Shown: positions 1 through 9,861 of the stretch, piece by piece
How positions within the stretch are numbered: position 1 is the first letter of the stretch
How the letters are laid out: every line of letters begins with the position of its first letter
Assembly (NCBI GenBank): GCA_049792755.1
Contig: JBARBF010000079.1
Location: 5,218 to 69,217 of the forward strand
Source of the DNA: Bacteroidales bacterium
GTDB lineage: Bacteria; Bacteroidota; Bacteroidia; Bacteroidales; VadinHA17
Length of the DNA stretch: 64,000 bases
Direction of reading: 5' to 3'
Notes under the pieces: generated by a model
Told to the model about the DNA's origin: nothing
What the model saw: only the letters and a program-made list of their open reading frames with translations
Databases searched by the model: none
Translations under genes and position numbers: made by a program

Positions 1-177
1 TTCCCTGACTGTATTAAAAACAGGAAGATCAAGGTGAACCTGGCCTCCTTTGCCAGGAGTTACACCCCCGACAACTTTTGTGCCATATTCTATCATATTC
101 GTAGCATGGAAAGTTCCTTCACTTCCGGTAAATCCCTGGATAATCACTTTTGAGTCTTTATTTAACAGAACACTCAT
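1..177 (-). CDS. sucD: succinate--CoA ligase subunit alpha, first 59 codons (gene runs off the left edge)
   Basis: My own minus-strand translation from the ATG at 177 gives [59 protein letters not shown]. This is the canonical SucD N-terminus (QGFTG...GGVTPGKGG...PVFNTV). It is missing from the ORF track because it is truncated. Confidence 0.85.
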   Translation of the reverse strand, partial: MSVLLNKDSKVIIQGFTGSEGTFHATNMIEYGTKVVGGVTPGKGGQVHLDLPVFNTVRE

Positions 178-324
178 AAACAGTTGGTATTAAGTGATGC
201 TATAATCGCGGTTTCAAAAATACCGAATAATTCCCGGTAAATCATTAAACAAAAATAATATTTATCACAATTTATTGATGCATAGAGCCTCTTGGAAGAT
301 GGTATTAATACGCTTCTTGCCTCT

Positions 325-352
325 TACCTCATACCTCATGCCTCATGCCTCC
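325..352. repeat. 4 tandem heptamers (TACCTCA TACCTCA TGCCTCA TGCCTCC)
   Basis: Read directly from the sequence. The array overlaps the ORF-track ATG at 345. It is the reverse-orientation relative of the heptamer array at 12235-12268. Confidence 0.8.
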
Positions 353-407
353 TTTCTTACTCTTGTTTTCAAATAAGTTTCATACATTTACTGCAAATCG
401 GATTACA

Positions 408-1814
408 TTGGTGATCAGACCTGAAGATACTATATGTGCACCTGCCACAGCGGTCGGCGGAGCAATCGCTGTAATAAGAATTAGCGGTTTGCAAAGTCTT
501 AATATTTGTGAAAAGATCTTTTATCCTCTGGATAAAAAGATAAAGCTGGTTGAGTCAAAAGGATATACGGTCATACTGGGTGAAATAAAGTCAGGAGACA
601 GAGTTATAGACGAAGTACTTCTTACAGTTTTCAGAGCGCCTCACTCCTATACAGGTGAGAATTCAGTTGAAATTTCATGTCATGCCTCTGTATATATAAT
701 CAGAAAAATTATTGAGTTGTTGATCATTAATGGAGCCGTCTCAGCAAAACCCGGAGAATTCACACAGAGAGCTTTCTTTAATGGGAAGATGGATCTTTCA
801 CAGGCTGAAGCTGTTGCAGATATTGTAGCTTCAAGGACCAGTTCATCACATAAGATTGCTCTGAATCAGATGAGGGGAGGTTTTTCTGAAGAGATAAAGA
901 GACTGAGGAATGAATTACTGAATTTTGCCTCTCTGATAGAACTTGAACTGGATTTTGGGGAAGAAGATGTTGAATTTGCGGACAGGAATAAGCTGAAAGC
1001 AATAATCGTCATGGTAAAGGATCTTGCAGACAGACTGGTAAATTCTTTTAAACTTGGTAATGCTTTGAAAAACGGCATTCCGGTTGCTATCGTAGGAAAA
1101 CCAAATTCAGGTAAATCAACTTTGCTGAATGCCCTGCTGATGGAGGAAAAGGCAATAGTGTCAGAATTCCCCGGAACTACCCGTGATACAATTGAAGATA
1201 CTATCGTCATTGAAAGTATTGAGTACAGGTTTATTGACACTGCGGGACTTCGGGAAACATCTGACATAATTGAGGTGATGGGAATTAAAAAGACGCACGA
1301 GAAGATCAGCCAGGCATCTGTAATAATGTTGATAGATGAAATTTCAGACTCAGCCGAATCTATTAATAAAAGGTTAGCTTCGATCAGAGAGATGATAACG
1401 GGATCAGAAAAGCGTCTGATTCTCCTGATAAATAAAACTGATACCGTGCCAGTTAATCGTCAGGCGGAACTTAAGGGCAAAATCAGACTGGAGGATAATG
1501 ACAAGCTTCTTTTTATCTCGGCTAAAGAGAAATCAGGACTTGACGATTTAAGGTTGAAACTAGGTGAAATGGTAATGAAGGATAAGTTGAGTTCAGAAGA
1601 TGTAATAATCACAAATATAAGACATTATGAAGCACTTAACCATGTTTCTGAAAGTCTTGGAAGAGTGATTACAGGTCTTGAGGATAAAATCCCTGAAGAT
1701 CTTATTGCAATTGATATCCGCCAGGCGATTCATTATCTTGGGGAAATTACCGGAGAAATAACATCAGAGGAGATACTAGGTAATATCTTCAGGAATTTCT
1801 GTATCGGGAAATAA
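408..1814 (+). CDS. mnmE: tRNA modification GTPase MnmE/TrmE
   Basis: G1 motif GKPNSGKS, DTAG, NKTD and the diagnostic C-terminal CIGK are present. The N-terminus DTICAPATAVGGAIAVIRISG matches the family. The ORF is open from 345, but that ATG lies inside the heptamer repeat. An in-frame TTG (408) or GTG (411) gives the usual ~468 aa length, so the exact start is uncertain. Confidence 0.9.
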   Translation: MVIRPEDTICAPATAVGGAIAVIRISGLQSLNICEKIFYPLDKKIKLVESKGYTVILGEIKSGDRVIDEVLLTVFRAPHSYTGENSVEISCHASVYIIRKIIELLIINGAVSAKPGEFTQRAFFNGKMDLSQAEAVADIVASRTSSSHKIALNQMRGGFSEEIKRLRNELLNFASLIELELDFGEEDVEFADRNKLKAIIVMVKDLADRLVNSFKLGNALKNGIPVAIVGKPNSGKSTLLNALLMEEKAIVSEFPGTTRDTIEDTIVIESIEYRFIDTAGLRETSDIIEVMGIKKTHEKISQASVIMLIDEISDSAESINKRLASIREMITGSEKRLILLINKTDTVPVNRQAELKGKIRLEDNDKLLFISAKEKSGLDDLRLKLGEMVMKDKLSSEDVIITNIRHYEALNHVSESLGRVITGLEDKIPEDLIAIDIRQAIHYLGEITGEITSEEILGNIFRNFCIGK

Positions 1815-1966
1815 TCTATGTTCTATTCTATTTTTATGATTTAACGGCTTTTCTTAAAAAGTTGTTAATTAAAGGTCTTGTTTTTATAATAAGATAATAC
1901 TCAAAATTGCAGATATTTGATATTGATTAGAATTTATAATTCAAATAATGATAATACATAAGTTTT

Positions 1967-4399
1967 ATGAAAACCAGGAAAACTAATATTCGTCAACTGA
2001 AGTATCTTATTTTAGTGCTCCCAATAATCCTCTTTAAATATTCGCCCCTGGGGGCTCAGATTCCAATCTACTCTCCGGACAAAAATCAGGAGTTGTTGAA
2101 TGAGCCCTTTGATATCAGCGGTGATTTTCGAAATTTTTCAAACACATATTATTTAGCGGATAGTCTATCTTCTTTCGATCCTAAGTCAGGAAAAGGCGAG
2201 ATTACCTATCGTCGTTATGAAAACATCACACGGCAGGCATTTAATAATATGATGGGAGTTTTAAGACCTGTTGAGCCAAATGAGTTTCCGACAGGAGAAT
2301 ATGCCATTTCACCTTCACTCCCATTTGCAATTGAGTTTATCTCCCCGCGGACCATTCGCCTTCGGACAAGTTCCCGTTTCCAGGTTAAGCCCGATAAAGA
2401 ATCACTTATGCTTGTCAATGGGAAACCACCTCATGACAATAGTTCATGGCTATATAAAATGATCGATGGCGGTTACAGTTATACCGGTCCGTTCGGTTCA
2501 GTAACTATTACAAAATATCCGTGGCATGTTGTAATACGCGATGCGGCAGGAAAAGTGCTTACTCATACAATACATAATTTAGACGGTACAGAGACATTTA
2601 TTCCAATATTGCCTTTTTCATTTGTCCGCAGAGCATCGGATTATTCAACAAGTATGTCAGCGGTCTTTTCATTGTCGCCCGACGAAAAAATATTTGGCTG
2701 TGGAGAGTCCTTCACGGAATTTAATAAAAGAGGTCAGAAAGTTGTGTTGTGGGCTGACGATGCCAACGGTGCACAGAATGAGGCTATGTATAAGCCAATC
2801 CCGTTTTTTATGAGCAACCGCGGATATGGAGTCTTCATGCATACCTCATCACCCATAACATGCGATTTCGGAAAGTATTATAGTGGTAATTATTCGCTCA
2901 TGATTGGCGATGATGAAGCTGACCTGTTTATTTTTCTCGGAGAGCCTAAAGATATCCTTAATGAGTACACCAATCTGACCGGTAAAGCAGCGATGCCACC
3001 TCTATGGTCTTTTGGTTTCTGGATGAGCCGGATTAGCTATTTTTCTGAAGCTGAAGGACGTGCGGTCACAAAGAAACTCAGAGATAACCTTATCCCGAGT
3101 GATGTCCTGCATTTCGACACAGGATGGTTTGAGAAAGACTGGAGATGCGATTATCAGTTCTCGAAAACACGTTTCACCGATGCTGCCAAAATGATGGCTG
3201 ATTTTAAGAAAATCGGGTTCCAGACCAGCTTATGGCAACTTCCCTATTTCGTACCTAAGAATACGTTGTTCCCGGAAATAATAGAAAATGGTCTTTATGT
3301 GAAAGATGCTAAAGGAAATCTTCCGTTTGAAGATGCTGTTCTTGATTTTTCAAATCCCGCCACAGTTACCTGGTACCAGGATAAGATAGCTGGATTATTA
3401 AAACAGGGTGTAGGAGTTATAAAGGTGGATTTTGGGGAAGCCGCTCCGAAGAACGGATTATACTTTTCGGGACAAACCGGATTTTATGAACACAATCTTT
3501 ATCCGCTCCGGTATAATAAAGCTGTTGCTGAGATTACAAAACAAGTGACCGGGGAGACAATTATCTGGGCACGCAGTGCATGGGCCGGAAGTCAGCGTTA
3601 TCCGGTCCATTGGGGTGGTGATGCCGAAAACACTAACACGGCAATGGCAGCAACTCTGAGAGCCGGATTATCTTTTGGTCTTTCCGGATTTTCATTCTGG
3701 TCGCATGACATCGGTGGATTCGTAAATAAAAAGCCTGAAGATCTTTATCGCCGCTGGACACCATTCGGTATGCTTTCTTCCCATACCAGAAGTCATGGTT
3801 CCCCACCCACTGAACCATGGGAATACGGTCAGGATTTTATGAATTCTTTCAGGCTTGCGGATAACATGAGATACGAACTGATGCCTTATATTTATTCCCA
3901 GGCAAAAGACTGCACCGAAAGAGGTCTGCCAATGGTACGAGCACTTTTTATAGAATATCCTTCAGATCCGGGTTCATGGCTGGTTGATAATGAGTATCTG
4001 TTTGGTACAGATATGCTCGTAGCCCCACTGATGGAAAACGTTACAAAACGAGATGTCTATCTGCCGCCAGGACAATGGATCGACTACCAGACCGGGAAAA
4101 TATATTCAGCTGGCTGGCATAATATTGAGGCAGGAAAAATTCCGATTATTATTCTGGTACATAACGGTTCGGTTATTCCGCATATCGCTCTTGCTCAATC
4201 TACTTCTCAGATGGACTGGTCAAAACTCGAGCTGGTTGTTTATGCTTCAGATTCGCAAAAAGCCGATGGTATTATTTGCCTTCCGTCGGACCAGGTGCTT
4301 CATAAAATAACCCTGATTAAGAAAAATGGTAGTTTCTTACTTGAAACTGACCCGTTTGCAGGGAAAGTTGCCTGGAGAATAAGGATGTATTCTAAATGA
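1967..4399 (+). CDS. glycoside hydrolase family 31 (alpha-xylosidase/alpha-glucosidase-like), secreted
   Basis: 810 aa with an N-terminal signal-like segment. GH31 motifs are present: WADDANG, IKVDFGE (nucleophile region) and HWGGDAEN (acid/base region). Confidence 0.85.
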   Translation: MKTRKTNIRQLKYLILVLPIILFKYSPLGAQIPIYSPDKNQELLNEPFDISGDFRNFSNTYYLADSLSSFDPKSGKGEITYRRYENITRQAFNNMMGVLRPVEPNEFPTGEYAISPSLPFAIEFISPRTIRLRTSSRFQVKPDKESLMLVNGKPPHDNSSWLYKMIDGGYSYTGPFGSVTITKYPWHVVIRDAAGKVLTHTIHNLDGTETFIPILPFSFVRRASDYSTSMSAVFSLSPDEKIFGCGESFTEFNKRGQKVVLWADDANGAQNEAMYKPIPFFMSNRGYGVFMHTSSPITCDFGKYYSGNYSLMIGDDEADLFIFLGEPKDILNEYTNLTGKAAMPPLWSFGFWMSRISYFSEAEGRAVTKKLRDNLIPSDVLHFDTGWFEKDWRCDYQFSKTRFTDAAKMMADFKKIGFQTSLWQLPYFVPKNTLFPEIIENGLYVKDAKGNLPFEDAVLDFSNPATVTWYQDKIAGLLKQGVGVIKVDFGEAAPKNGLYFSGQTGFYEHNLYPLRYNKAVAEITKQVTGETIIWARSAWAGSQRYPVHWGGDAENTNTAMAATLRAGLSFGLSGFSFWSHDIGGFVNKKPEDLYRRWTPFGMLSSHTRSHGSPPTEPWEYGQDFMNSFRLADNMRYELMPYIYSQAKDCTERGLPMVRALFIEYPSDPGSWLVDNEYLFGTDMLVAPLMENVTKRDVYLPPGQWIDYQTGKIYSAGWHNIEAGKIPIIILVHNGSVIPHIALAQSTSQMDWSKLELVVYASDSQKADGIICLPSDQVLHKITLIKKNGSFLLETDPFAGKVAWRIRMYSK

Positions 4400-4446
4400 G
4401 AGTTAGTAGTGAAGTACAGTGCCTTAGTCCTTTAATAGATTCATAG

Positions 4447-4496
4447 GATTCCTCACTTCGTTACTAATGACAACATTTGTAACGAAGTGAGGAATC
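4447..4496. terminator. bidirectional hairpin between convergent genes
   Basis: Perfect 18-bp stem GATTCCTCACTTCGTTAC (4447-4464) / GTAACGAAGTGAGGAATC (4479-4496) with a 14-nt loop. It lies between the GH31 stop and the oxidoreductase stop. Confidence 0.7.
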
Positions 4497-4562
4497 TCCT
4501 GCTCACCGAAGGTAATCTCATGGAGTATTAATGATACCCTATTTCATTAATTTGCAAAGCAA

Positions 4563-5564
4563 TTATTCTACTTTAACCATCATTTTTCCCAGATTGTTGC
4601 CGCTGAAAAGCCCTAAAAATGCCTCAGGAAGTTTATCGAAGCCTTCAGTTATGGTTTCGATATATTTGAGTTTTCCCTCATTCACCCATTGAGTGAGCTG
4701 TGAAATAGCTTCACCGAAGCGATCGCTGTAGTTGCTTACAATAAATCCCTGCAACATAACACTCCTGGTCAGAAGATGCGGTAAGATTGAATACCCTATA
4801 TACGGTTTGGTGTTGTTATACTGTGAAATTTGACCGCATAATGCAATTCTGGCATGAAAATCCAGATTGGCAGCAACAGCCTCGGTGATTTCTCCTCCTA
4901 CATTATCAAAATAAACATCTACACCGTCAGGGCACAGGGTTGTTAACTCTTTTCTTATCGATTTTGAGGTTTTATAATTAATTGTTTCATTATATCCGAA
5001 CTGTTCTTTAAGTAATCTGCATTTTTCATCACTGCCGGTTATTCCGATAACCCGAGCTCCCTGTAATTTTGCAATTTGTCCTGCAACAATTCCAACAGCG
5101 CCTGCTGCACCTGACACTACAACTGTATCCCCTTTTTTTGGCTTCCCTATTTCCATCATTCCAATGAAAGCAGTAATTCCAGGCATTCCCAGGATACCCA
5201 GATAGTAGCCTGGCGGGATTGTTTGAATATTAACTTTTCTCAGATTTTCAGCTTTTTCAACTGAATAGCTAGCCCAGGGCAACGTGCCGACAACCGTATC
5301 ACCTTCAACTATCACTTTACTTTTGCTTTTGATGACTTTTGCTACAATAGCCCCTCTTATTGGCTGATCGACCTCATATGATGCGGCGTAAGACTTTGCC
5401 CTATTCATCCGGCCTCTCATGTACGGATCAACAGAAATGTACCAGGACTTTAACAAAAGTTCATTCTCCTGTAATTCTTTAAGTACTGTTTTTACCATTC
5501 TGAAGTTGTCGGATGATGGCATTCCGGTTGGTCTTGACGCTAAAACAAATTGTGAACTCTCCAT
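4563..5564 (-). CDS. NADP-dependent oxidoreductase, medium-chain dehydrogenase family (YncB/CurA/alkenal reductase-like)
   Basis: 333 aa with Rossmann motif SGAAGAVGIVAGQIAKLQGARVIGITGSDEKC. No zinc-ligand Cys pattern is present. Confidence 0.8.
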   Translation of the reverse strand: MESSQFVLASRPTGMPSSDNFRMVKTVLKELQENELLLKSWYISVDPYMRGRMNRAKSYAASYEVDQPIRGAIVAKVIKSKSKVIVEGDTVVGTLPWASYSVEKAENLRKVNIQTIPPGYYLGILGMPGITAFIGMMEIGKPKKGDTVVVSGAAGAVGIVAGQIAKLQGARVIGITGSDEKCRLLKEQFGYNETINYKTSKSIRKELTTLCPDGVDVYFDNVGGEITEAVAANLDFHARIALCGQISQYNNTKPYIGYSILPHLLTRSVMLQGFIVSNYSDRFGEAISQLTQWVNEGKLKYIETITEGFDKLPEAFLGLFSGNNLGKMMVKVE

Positions 5565-5723
5565 AATTAGCTGTATAATATATAATTATTTTAACAACAG
5601 TTTCAAAGAAAATGTTCATTGGAACAGCATTATAATGTTTTAAATGAAAAAATATTCAATAGAACTTTTTATCTAAACTGTTGTTAACCTGATCAAAGAA
5701 TTTATAAACTAAAATATCCAGAT

Positions 5724-6542
5724 ATGAAAAAGTGTCTTTTTTCAAATAGAATCTTAATCTGTTTAATCATGTTAGGTATATCTTCAATTGGGAAATCCGG
5801 GTCTTTGTCTCCAAACATAAAGGAAGTAAATGTAGCCTACATATCGGGTGGTGTTACCTATAAAGGATTTATCGCCTATGATGATAATATCAAAGGGAAA
5901 CGACCTGCTATACTGATTGTTCCTGAATGGTGGGGGCTGAACGACTATCCGAGAATGAGGGCGCGGAAATTAGCAGAGCTTGGTTATGTGGCAATGGCAG
6001 CAGATGTATTCGGTAATGGGAAAATTGCCGTAAATCCTACTGAAGCCCAGGAATTTACGACTCCTTTCTATAAGGATCCCACTCTTTCAAAAAAGCTTTT
6101 GGATGCTGCTCTCCGGAAATTGAAAGAATTACCCCAGACTGATGTCAATAATGTTGCGGCAATTGGTTATTGTTTTGGCGGATATATGGTCCTGAACTAT
6201 GCCAAACTTGGTGCTGATGTCAAAGGAGTAGTAAGTTTTCATGGCGGAATGGGCGGAGTCCCGGTAGACAAGAAATTGTTAAAAGCCAAAATACTTGTTT
6301 GTCAGGGAGGAAGCGATAAATTTGTCTCTCAGAAAGATGTGGACAAGTTTAAAAATCAGCTGGATTCCATTGGAGCCATAAACAGCGTAAAAGTCTATGC
6401 CAATGCTACCCATGCCTTCACTAATCCGGATGCGACAGCGACGGGTATAAAATTTAGTCTTCCGATTGGGTATAATGCCGAAGCCGATAAAGCATCCTGG
6501 GATGATATGAAAATGTTCTTCGGAAAAATCTTCAATAAATAG
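5724..6542 (+). CDS. dienelactone hydrolase family protein, secreted
   Basis: 272 aa with a signal peptide. Contains PAILIVPEWWGLNDY and the nucleophile motif GYCFGG. Confidence 0.8.
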   Translation: MKKCLFSNRILICLIMLGISSIGKSGSLSPNIKEVNVAYISGGVTYKGFIAYDDNIKGKRPAILIVPEWWGLNDYPRMRARKLAELGYVAMAADVFGNGKIAVNPTEAQEFTTPFYKDPTLSKKLLDAALRKLKELPQTDVNNVAAIGYCFGGYMVLNYAKLGADVKGVVSFHGGMGGVPVDKKLLKAKILVCQGGSDKFVSQKDVDKFKNQLDSIGAINSVKVYANATHAFTNPDATATGIKFSLPIGYNAEADKASWDDMKMFFGKIFNK

Positions 6543-6550
6543 TGATCCCT

Positions 6551-6658
6551 TAACCACAAAGATCACAATACCGAGTACTCGGGATACGCAAAGTTCACAA
6601 AGGATAAGCAATTCTTTTATTTGTGTACTTTGTGTCTTCTTTGAGAGCTTTGTGGTTA
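6551..6658. repeat. 108-bp palindromic intergenic element with 11-bp terminal inverted repeats (CACAAAG family)
   Basis: TAACCACAAAG at 6551-6561 and CTTTGTGGTTA at 6648-6658. Internal copies of CACAAAG/CTTTGTG are present. The architecture matches 62591-62692. Confidence 0.8.
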
Positions 6659-6823
6659 CTAAAGAATCTTGACCAGCAGTAATTGTAATGTATTCAACTG
6701 TCCATACAAATCTGTGCGGACTTTTTTTATGCACAAAATCGGACATTTCAATAATATTTCGGTTTTGGATGTAACCATTTGTACCTTTACGAGTAATCAA
6801 TACAGAAGACCAAAAAAATAAAA

Positions 6824-7363
6824 GTGGCTGAGATAACAGATGAAATATTAATGCAGAATGTAAAGGAAGGCAATCTCTCCGGGATGTCTGTTCTTTTTGA
6901 AAGGTATCATCTCAGAATATATAATTTTTTCTTCAGACTTACTTTTAACATGGATGTAAGCCAGGACCTTACGCAGAATTTATTTTACAGAATGATCAAA
7001 TATAAAAACAGTTTTAACAGTGATTACTCTGTGAAATCCTGGATATTTCAGATCGCCAGGAATCTTCACTTAGATTATTGCAATGAAGAGAAGCGTTCCG
7101 GGGAACTGTTCCTGAAAACCAGCAGGTATGAGGTTGAGCCGGCTGACGAGCAGGATGGCTATCACGAAGATGATTATAACCGGCTTGAAAAGGCTATGTC
7201 AGATCTTAGTGCCGATCAGAAAGAACTGATTGTCCTCAACAGGTATCAGGGATTAAAATATGAAGAGATCTCTGTAATAACTAATCAGTCTGTCGCTGCC
7301 ATTAAAGTTGCCATGTACAGGGCAATTAAACAACTCAGGGGTATCTATTTTAAACAGATTTAA
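6824..7363 (+). CDS. RNA polymerase ECF-type sigma-70 factor
   Basis: 179 aa with a GTG start. Region 2 (RYHLRIYNFFFRLT...) and region 4 (LSADQKELIVLNRYQGLKYEEISVITNQSVAAIKVAMYRAIKQLR) are recognisable. Confidence 0.85.
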   Translation: MAEITDEILMQNVKEGNLSGMSVLFERYHLRIYNFFFRLTFNMDVSQDLTQNLFYRMIKYKNSFNSDYSVKSWIFQIARNLHLDYCNEEKRSGELFLKTSRYEVEPADEQDGYHEDDYNRLEKAMSDLSADQKELIVLNRYQGLKYEEISVITNQSVAAIKVAMYRAIKQLRGIYFKQI

Positions 7364-7373
7364 GCGAAAAATT

Positions 7374-8180
7374 ATGAAATGTGAGGATGTTGAATTAAAA
7401 ATGATCGATTATCTCGACAGGAATCTTGAAGAAAGCGTTCGCCAGGAGATTGAAAAGCATCTTGAAACCTGTGAAAAATGCATTGACGAATTAAAGGATA
7501 TTCAGCAGGTACTTAATCTTATTTCAAAGGACGAGATGACAAAACCGGATGATTCACTGAGGATTAATTTTTACCATATGCTCCACAGCGAGATTAAAAA
7601 AAGTGAAGAAAGAAAAGGTGTATCAGATAGTAAACCAATTACTCCATGGTATTTTGTAAGCGGGTATCGTATTGCAGCGGCAGTTGCTCTTCTTATATGC
7701 GGAACATTCATAGGGATGTCAGTGCGCAGCGGACTTAATAATAAATATGCTTCAAGTGAGTTGAAACAGCTTCATTCAGAAGTTACGGAATTGAAAAAGA
7801 CCGCCATGTTCACAATGCTTAAAGGTGAATCCTCGAGTGACAGGATCCAGGCAGTGAATTATGCCGGAGAACTTGATAAGACGGACCAAAATGTGATAGA
7901 AGTCCTGATTAATACTCTGAATACCGACAAAAATGTTAACGTACGTATGGCAGCAGCCTATGCTCTTACCAAGTTCACGGATCAACATGCTGTAAGTGAT
8001 TCGCTTGTCAAATCACTGGCTCTTCAGACAGATCCGATCCTGCAGGTTACGCTTATTAACATACTTGCTGAAAGAAAAGAAAAAAGCGCCTTAAGAACGA
8101 TACAGGAGATTATATCAAACAGGAGTACATTAAAGGAGGTAAGAGCTGTAGCAGAAAACAGTTTGAGAGTTCTTATTTAA
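7374..8180 (+). CDS. anti-sigma factor: zf-HC2 N-terminus, one TM helix, C-terminal HEAT repeats
   Basis: The ATG at 7374 gives MKCEDVELKMIDYLD...HLETCEKC (H-x3-C-x2-C). A TM segment YRIAAAVALLICGTFIGM follows. HEAT-like repeats (DRIQAVNYAG, NVNVRMAAAYALTKF) are present. The track start at 7308 would overlap the sigma gene. Confidence 0.75.
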   Translation: MKCEDVELKMIDYLDRNLEESVRQEIEKHLETCEKCIDELKDIQQVLNLISKDEMTKPDDSLRINFYHMLHSEIKKSEERKGVSDSKPITPWYFVSGYRIAAAVALLICGTFIGMSVRSGLNNKYASSELKQLHSEVTELKKTAMFTMLKGESSSDRIQAVNYAGELDKTDQNVIEVLINTLNTDKNVNVRMAAAYALTKFTDQHAVSDSLVKSLALQTDPILQVTLINILAERKEKSALRTIQEIISNRSTLKEVRAVAENSLRVLI

Positions 8181-8273
8181 AATTAATTAGAAGAAATTGA
8201 ATTCAATCTAAGATAAATCGTGACAGATTCCGGGTCTGTCTGATCGAAGTACTAATTTTTTAATAATAATATC

Positions 8274-9053
8274 ATGAAAAAAATAAAAATCAGCTTAATT
8301 GCACTGTTATTATTCTTTACTGCAGGAATTTTATCTGCACAGGAATATAAAATCACAACCCAGAATAACAAAGAAGGAAGACTTATCCTTAAAGACTTCA
8401 GTGATGAATTACCCATCGAAGGTTATAACGGAAATGATATAATAATTACTTCAACCTCCGGAGAACTTACTCCTCCTGAGAAAGCCAAAGGTTTAAAGCC
8501 GGTATTTCCTGCCGGCACAGATAATACAGGATTAGGCCTCGACGTTGAGAAATCAGACAACCTGATTACCATTACTTGTCTTTTGCCGTTCACAAGAGGC
8601 GGTGAATATAAAATCAAAGTTCCCGAAAACCTGTCAATTGAGCTTTCAAGCGGATGTGAAAGAAATAATGATATCTCCATTTCAAACATGAAAAACGAGA
8701 TTGATATTAAGAGCTGCCACAATATTGATCTTAAGAATGTAACTGGGCCACTCGTACTTTCAACTATAAGCGGTGATATAAATATAACTTATAGCAGCAT
8801 TAATTCATCCAAATCATCTTCTATTAATTCGATAAGCGGTGAAATTGACATTACATTACCTGTAAAAACACCCACAGATCTTGAATTAAGAACGGTTTCC
8901 GGTGCGATATATTCTGATTTTGATTTTTCAGAATCTCAAAAGAATCTGAAAAAAATCGGAGGCAACGAAATGAATTATTCTCTTAATGGAGGTGGTTTCA
9001 AACTAGCCATCGGTAGCGTAAGCGGAAATATTTATCTGAGAAAGGGAAATTAG
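8274..9053 (+). CDS. DUF4097-like beta-strand repeat protein (putative adhesin fold), secreted
   Basis: 259 aa with a signal peptide. Contains repeated ISG(D/E/A/N)I motifs (SGDINITY, SGEIDITLP, VSGAIYSDF, VSGNIYLRK). Confidence 0.65.
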   Translation: MKKIKISLIALLLFFTAGILSAQEYKITTQNNKEGRLILKDFSDELPIEGYNGNDIIITSTSGELTPPEKAKGLKPVFPAGTDNTGLGLDVEKSDNLITITCLLPFTRGGEYKIKVPENLSIELSSGCERNNDISISNMKNEIDIKSCHNIDLKNVTGPLVLSTISGDINITYSSINSSKSSSINSISGEIDITLPVKTPTDLELRTVSGAIYSDFDFSESQKNLKKIGGNEMNYSLNGGGFKLAIGSVSGNIYLRKGN

Positions 9054-9063
9054 AAGAATAAAG

Positions 9064-9159
9064 ATATTTCGGATTGCGGATTTTTAATTACGGGTTTAAG
9101 AATGAATTAAATGTCAAACAATCCGAAGTACAAAATCCGAAATCCAAAATCCGAAATAT
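9064..9159. repeat. simple-repeat hairpin (AATCCGA-type arms)
   Basis: Left arm ATATTTCGGATTGCGGATTTTT (9064-9085). Right arm AAAATCCGAAATCCAAAATCCGAAATAT (9132-9159). The arms are largely complementary. Confidence 0.65.
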
Positions 9160-9196
9160 TGATTCTGAAAGTATAAATCTTTAAACATTTATTTCA

Positions 9197-9826
9197 ATGA
9201 AAACAATTACAATGTTATTTGTAATCTGGCTATGCTATATCCCGATCCAGGCGCAGCAGATAATTGAAAAACACATGGATTTTGCAGGCAAAGAATCACT
9301 TTCCATGAAAATTCAGATTGCTGATTCTATAAATGTCCAGACCTGGAATAAAAATGAAGTTTATATAAAAGCTTCAGTTAATGTAAATGAAAATAAAGAT
9401 AATGAAGCTTATATAACTTCATTTGATGATTCAGGCAAGACGATTTTTGTCAAAGCAAATTTTAAGGATAACTATTTCAAAGGAAAAAAGAATTGCTGTA
9501 ACCAGACTGATATTTACTGGCAAATATATGTACCTGAAAAAACGAAGTTTTCAGTTGAGACCATCAATGCTAATGTCACTATTACAGGTCAGACCACTGA
9601 GATGAATATAAAATCCATCAGCGGCTATATCGACCTTACGGAACCGGCAGGCAAACATGCTGACATAGATTTTTCAACGATATCAGGAAGAATGTATTCG
9701 AATCATGAACTCGCTCTTAATAAAGCTCGTACCGGAATCCCTTTAAAAATAAATGAAAAACTAAACAATGGCGGAGATCCGATAAAGCTCGAAACAATAA
9801 GCGGTGATATCTATTTCAGAAAGTAA
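9197..9826 (+). CDS. DUF4097-like beta-strand repeat protein, secreted (paralogue of 8274-9053)
   Basis: 209 aa with a signal peptide. Contains ISGYIDLTEP, ISGRMYSN and ISGDIYFRK. Confidence 0.6.
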   Translation: MKTITMLFVIWLCYIPIQAQQIIEKHMDFAGKESLSMKIQIADSINVQTWNKNEVYIKASVNVNENKDNEAYITSFDDSGKTIFVKANFKDNYFKGKKNCCNQTDIYWQIYVPEKTKFSVETINANVTITGQTTEMNIKSISGYIDLTEPAGKHADIDFSTISGRMYSNHELALNKARTGIPLKINEKLNNGGDPIKLETISGDIYFRK

Positions 9827-9861
9827 CGTTTTTATAAAGATTACTTTATAAACTGACAGGC

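Noticed and set aside
345-407. ORF-track N-terminal extension of mnmE (MPPFLLLFSNKFHTFTANRIT...)
   Set aside because: The ATG at 345 lies inside the heptamer repeat array. The extension has no counterpart in MnmE proteins. An in-frame TTG or GTG at 408/411 sits just before the conserved DTICA...GAIAVIRISG start.
866-1267. 133-aa and 74-aa antisense ORFs inside mnmE (also 778-1002)
   Set aside because: These are shadow ORFs opposite a confidently identified gene, with low-complexity Ser-rich translations.
6279-6800. 173-aa minus-strand ORF spanning the end of the dienelactone hydrolase gene and the CACAAAG element
   Set aside because: It overlaps a well-supported CDS on the other strand and reads through a palindromic repeat. 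No recognisable motif.
7308-7373. Upstream extension of the anti-sigma ORF overlapping the sigma gene by 56 nt
   Set aside because: The ATG at 7374 gives the canonical zf-HC2 N-terminus directly after the sigma stop. The extension is just the alternative frame of the sigma C-terminus.
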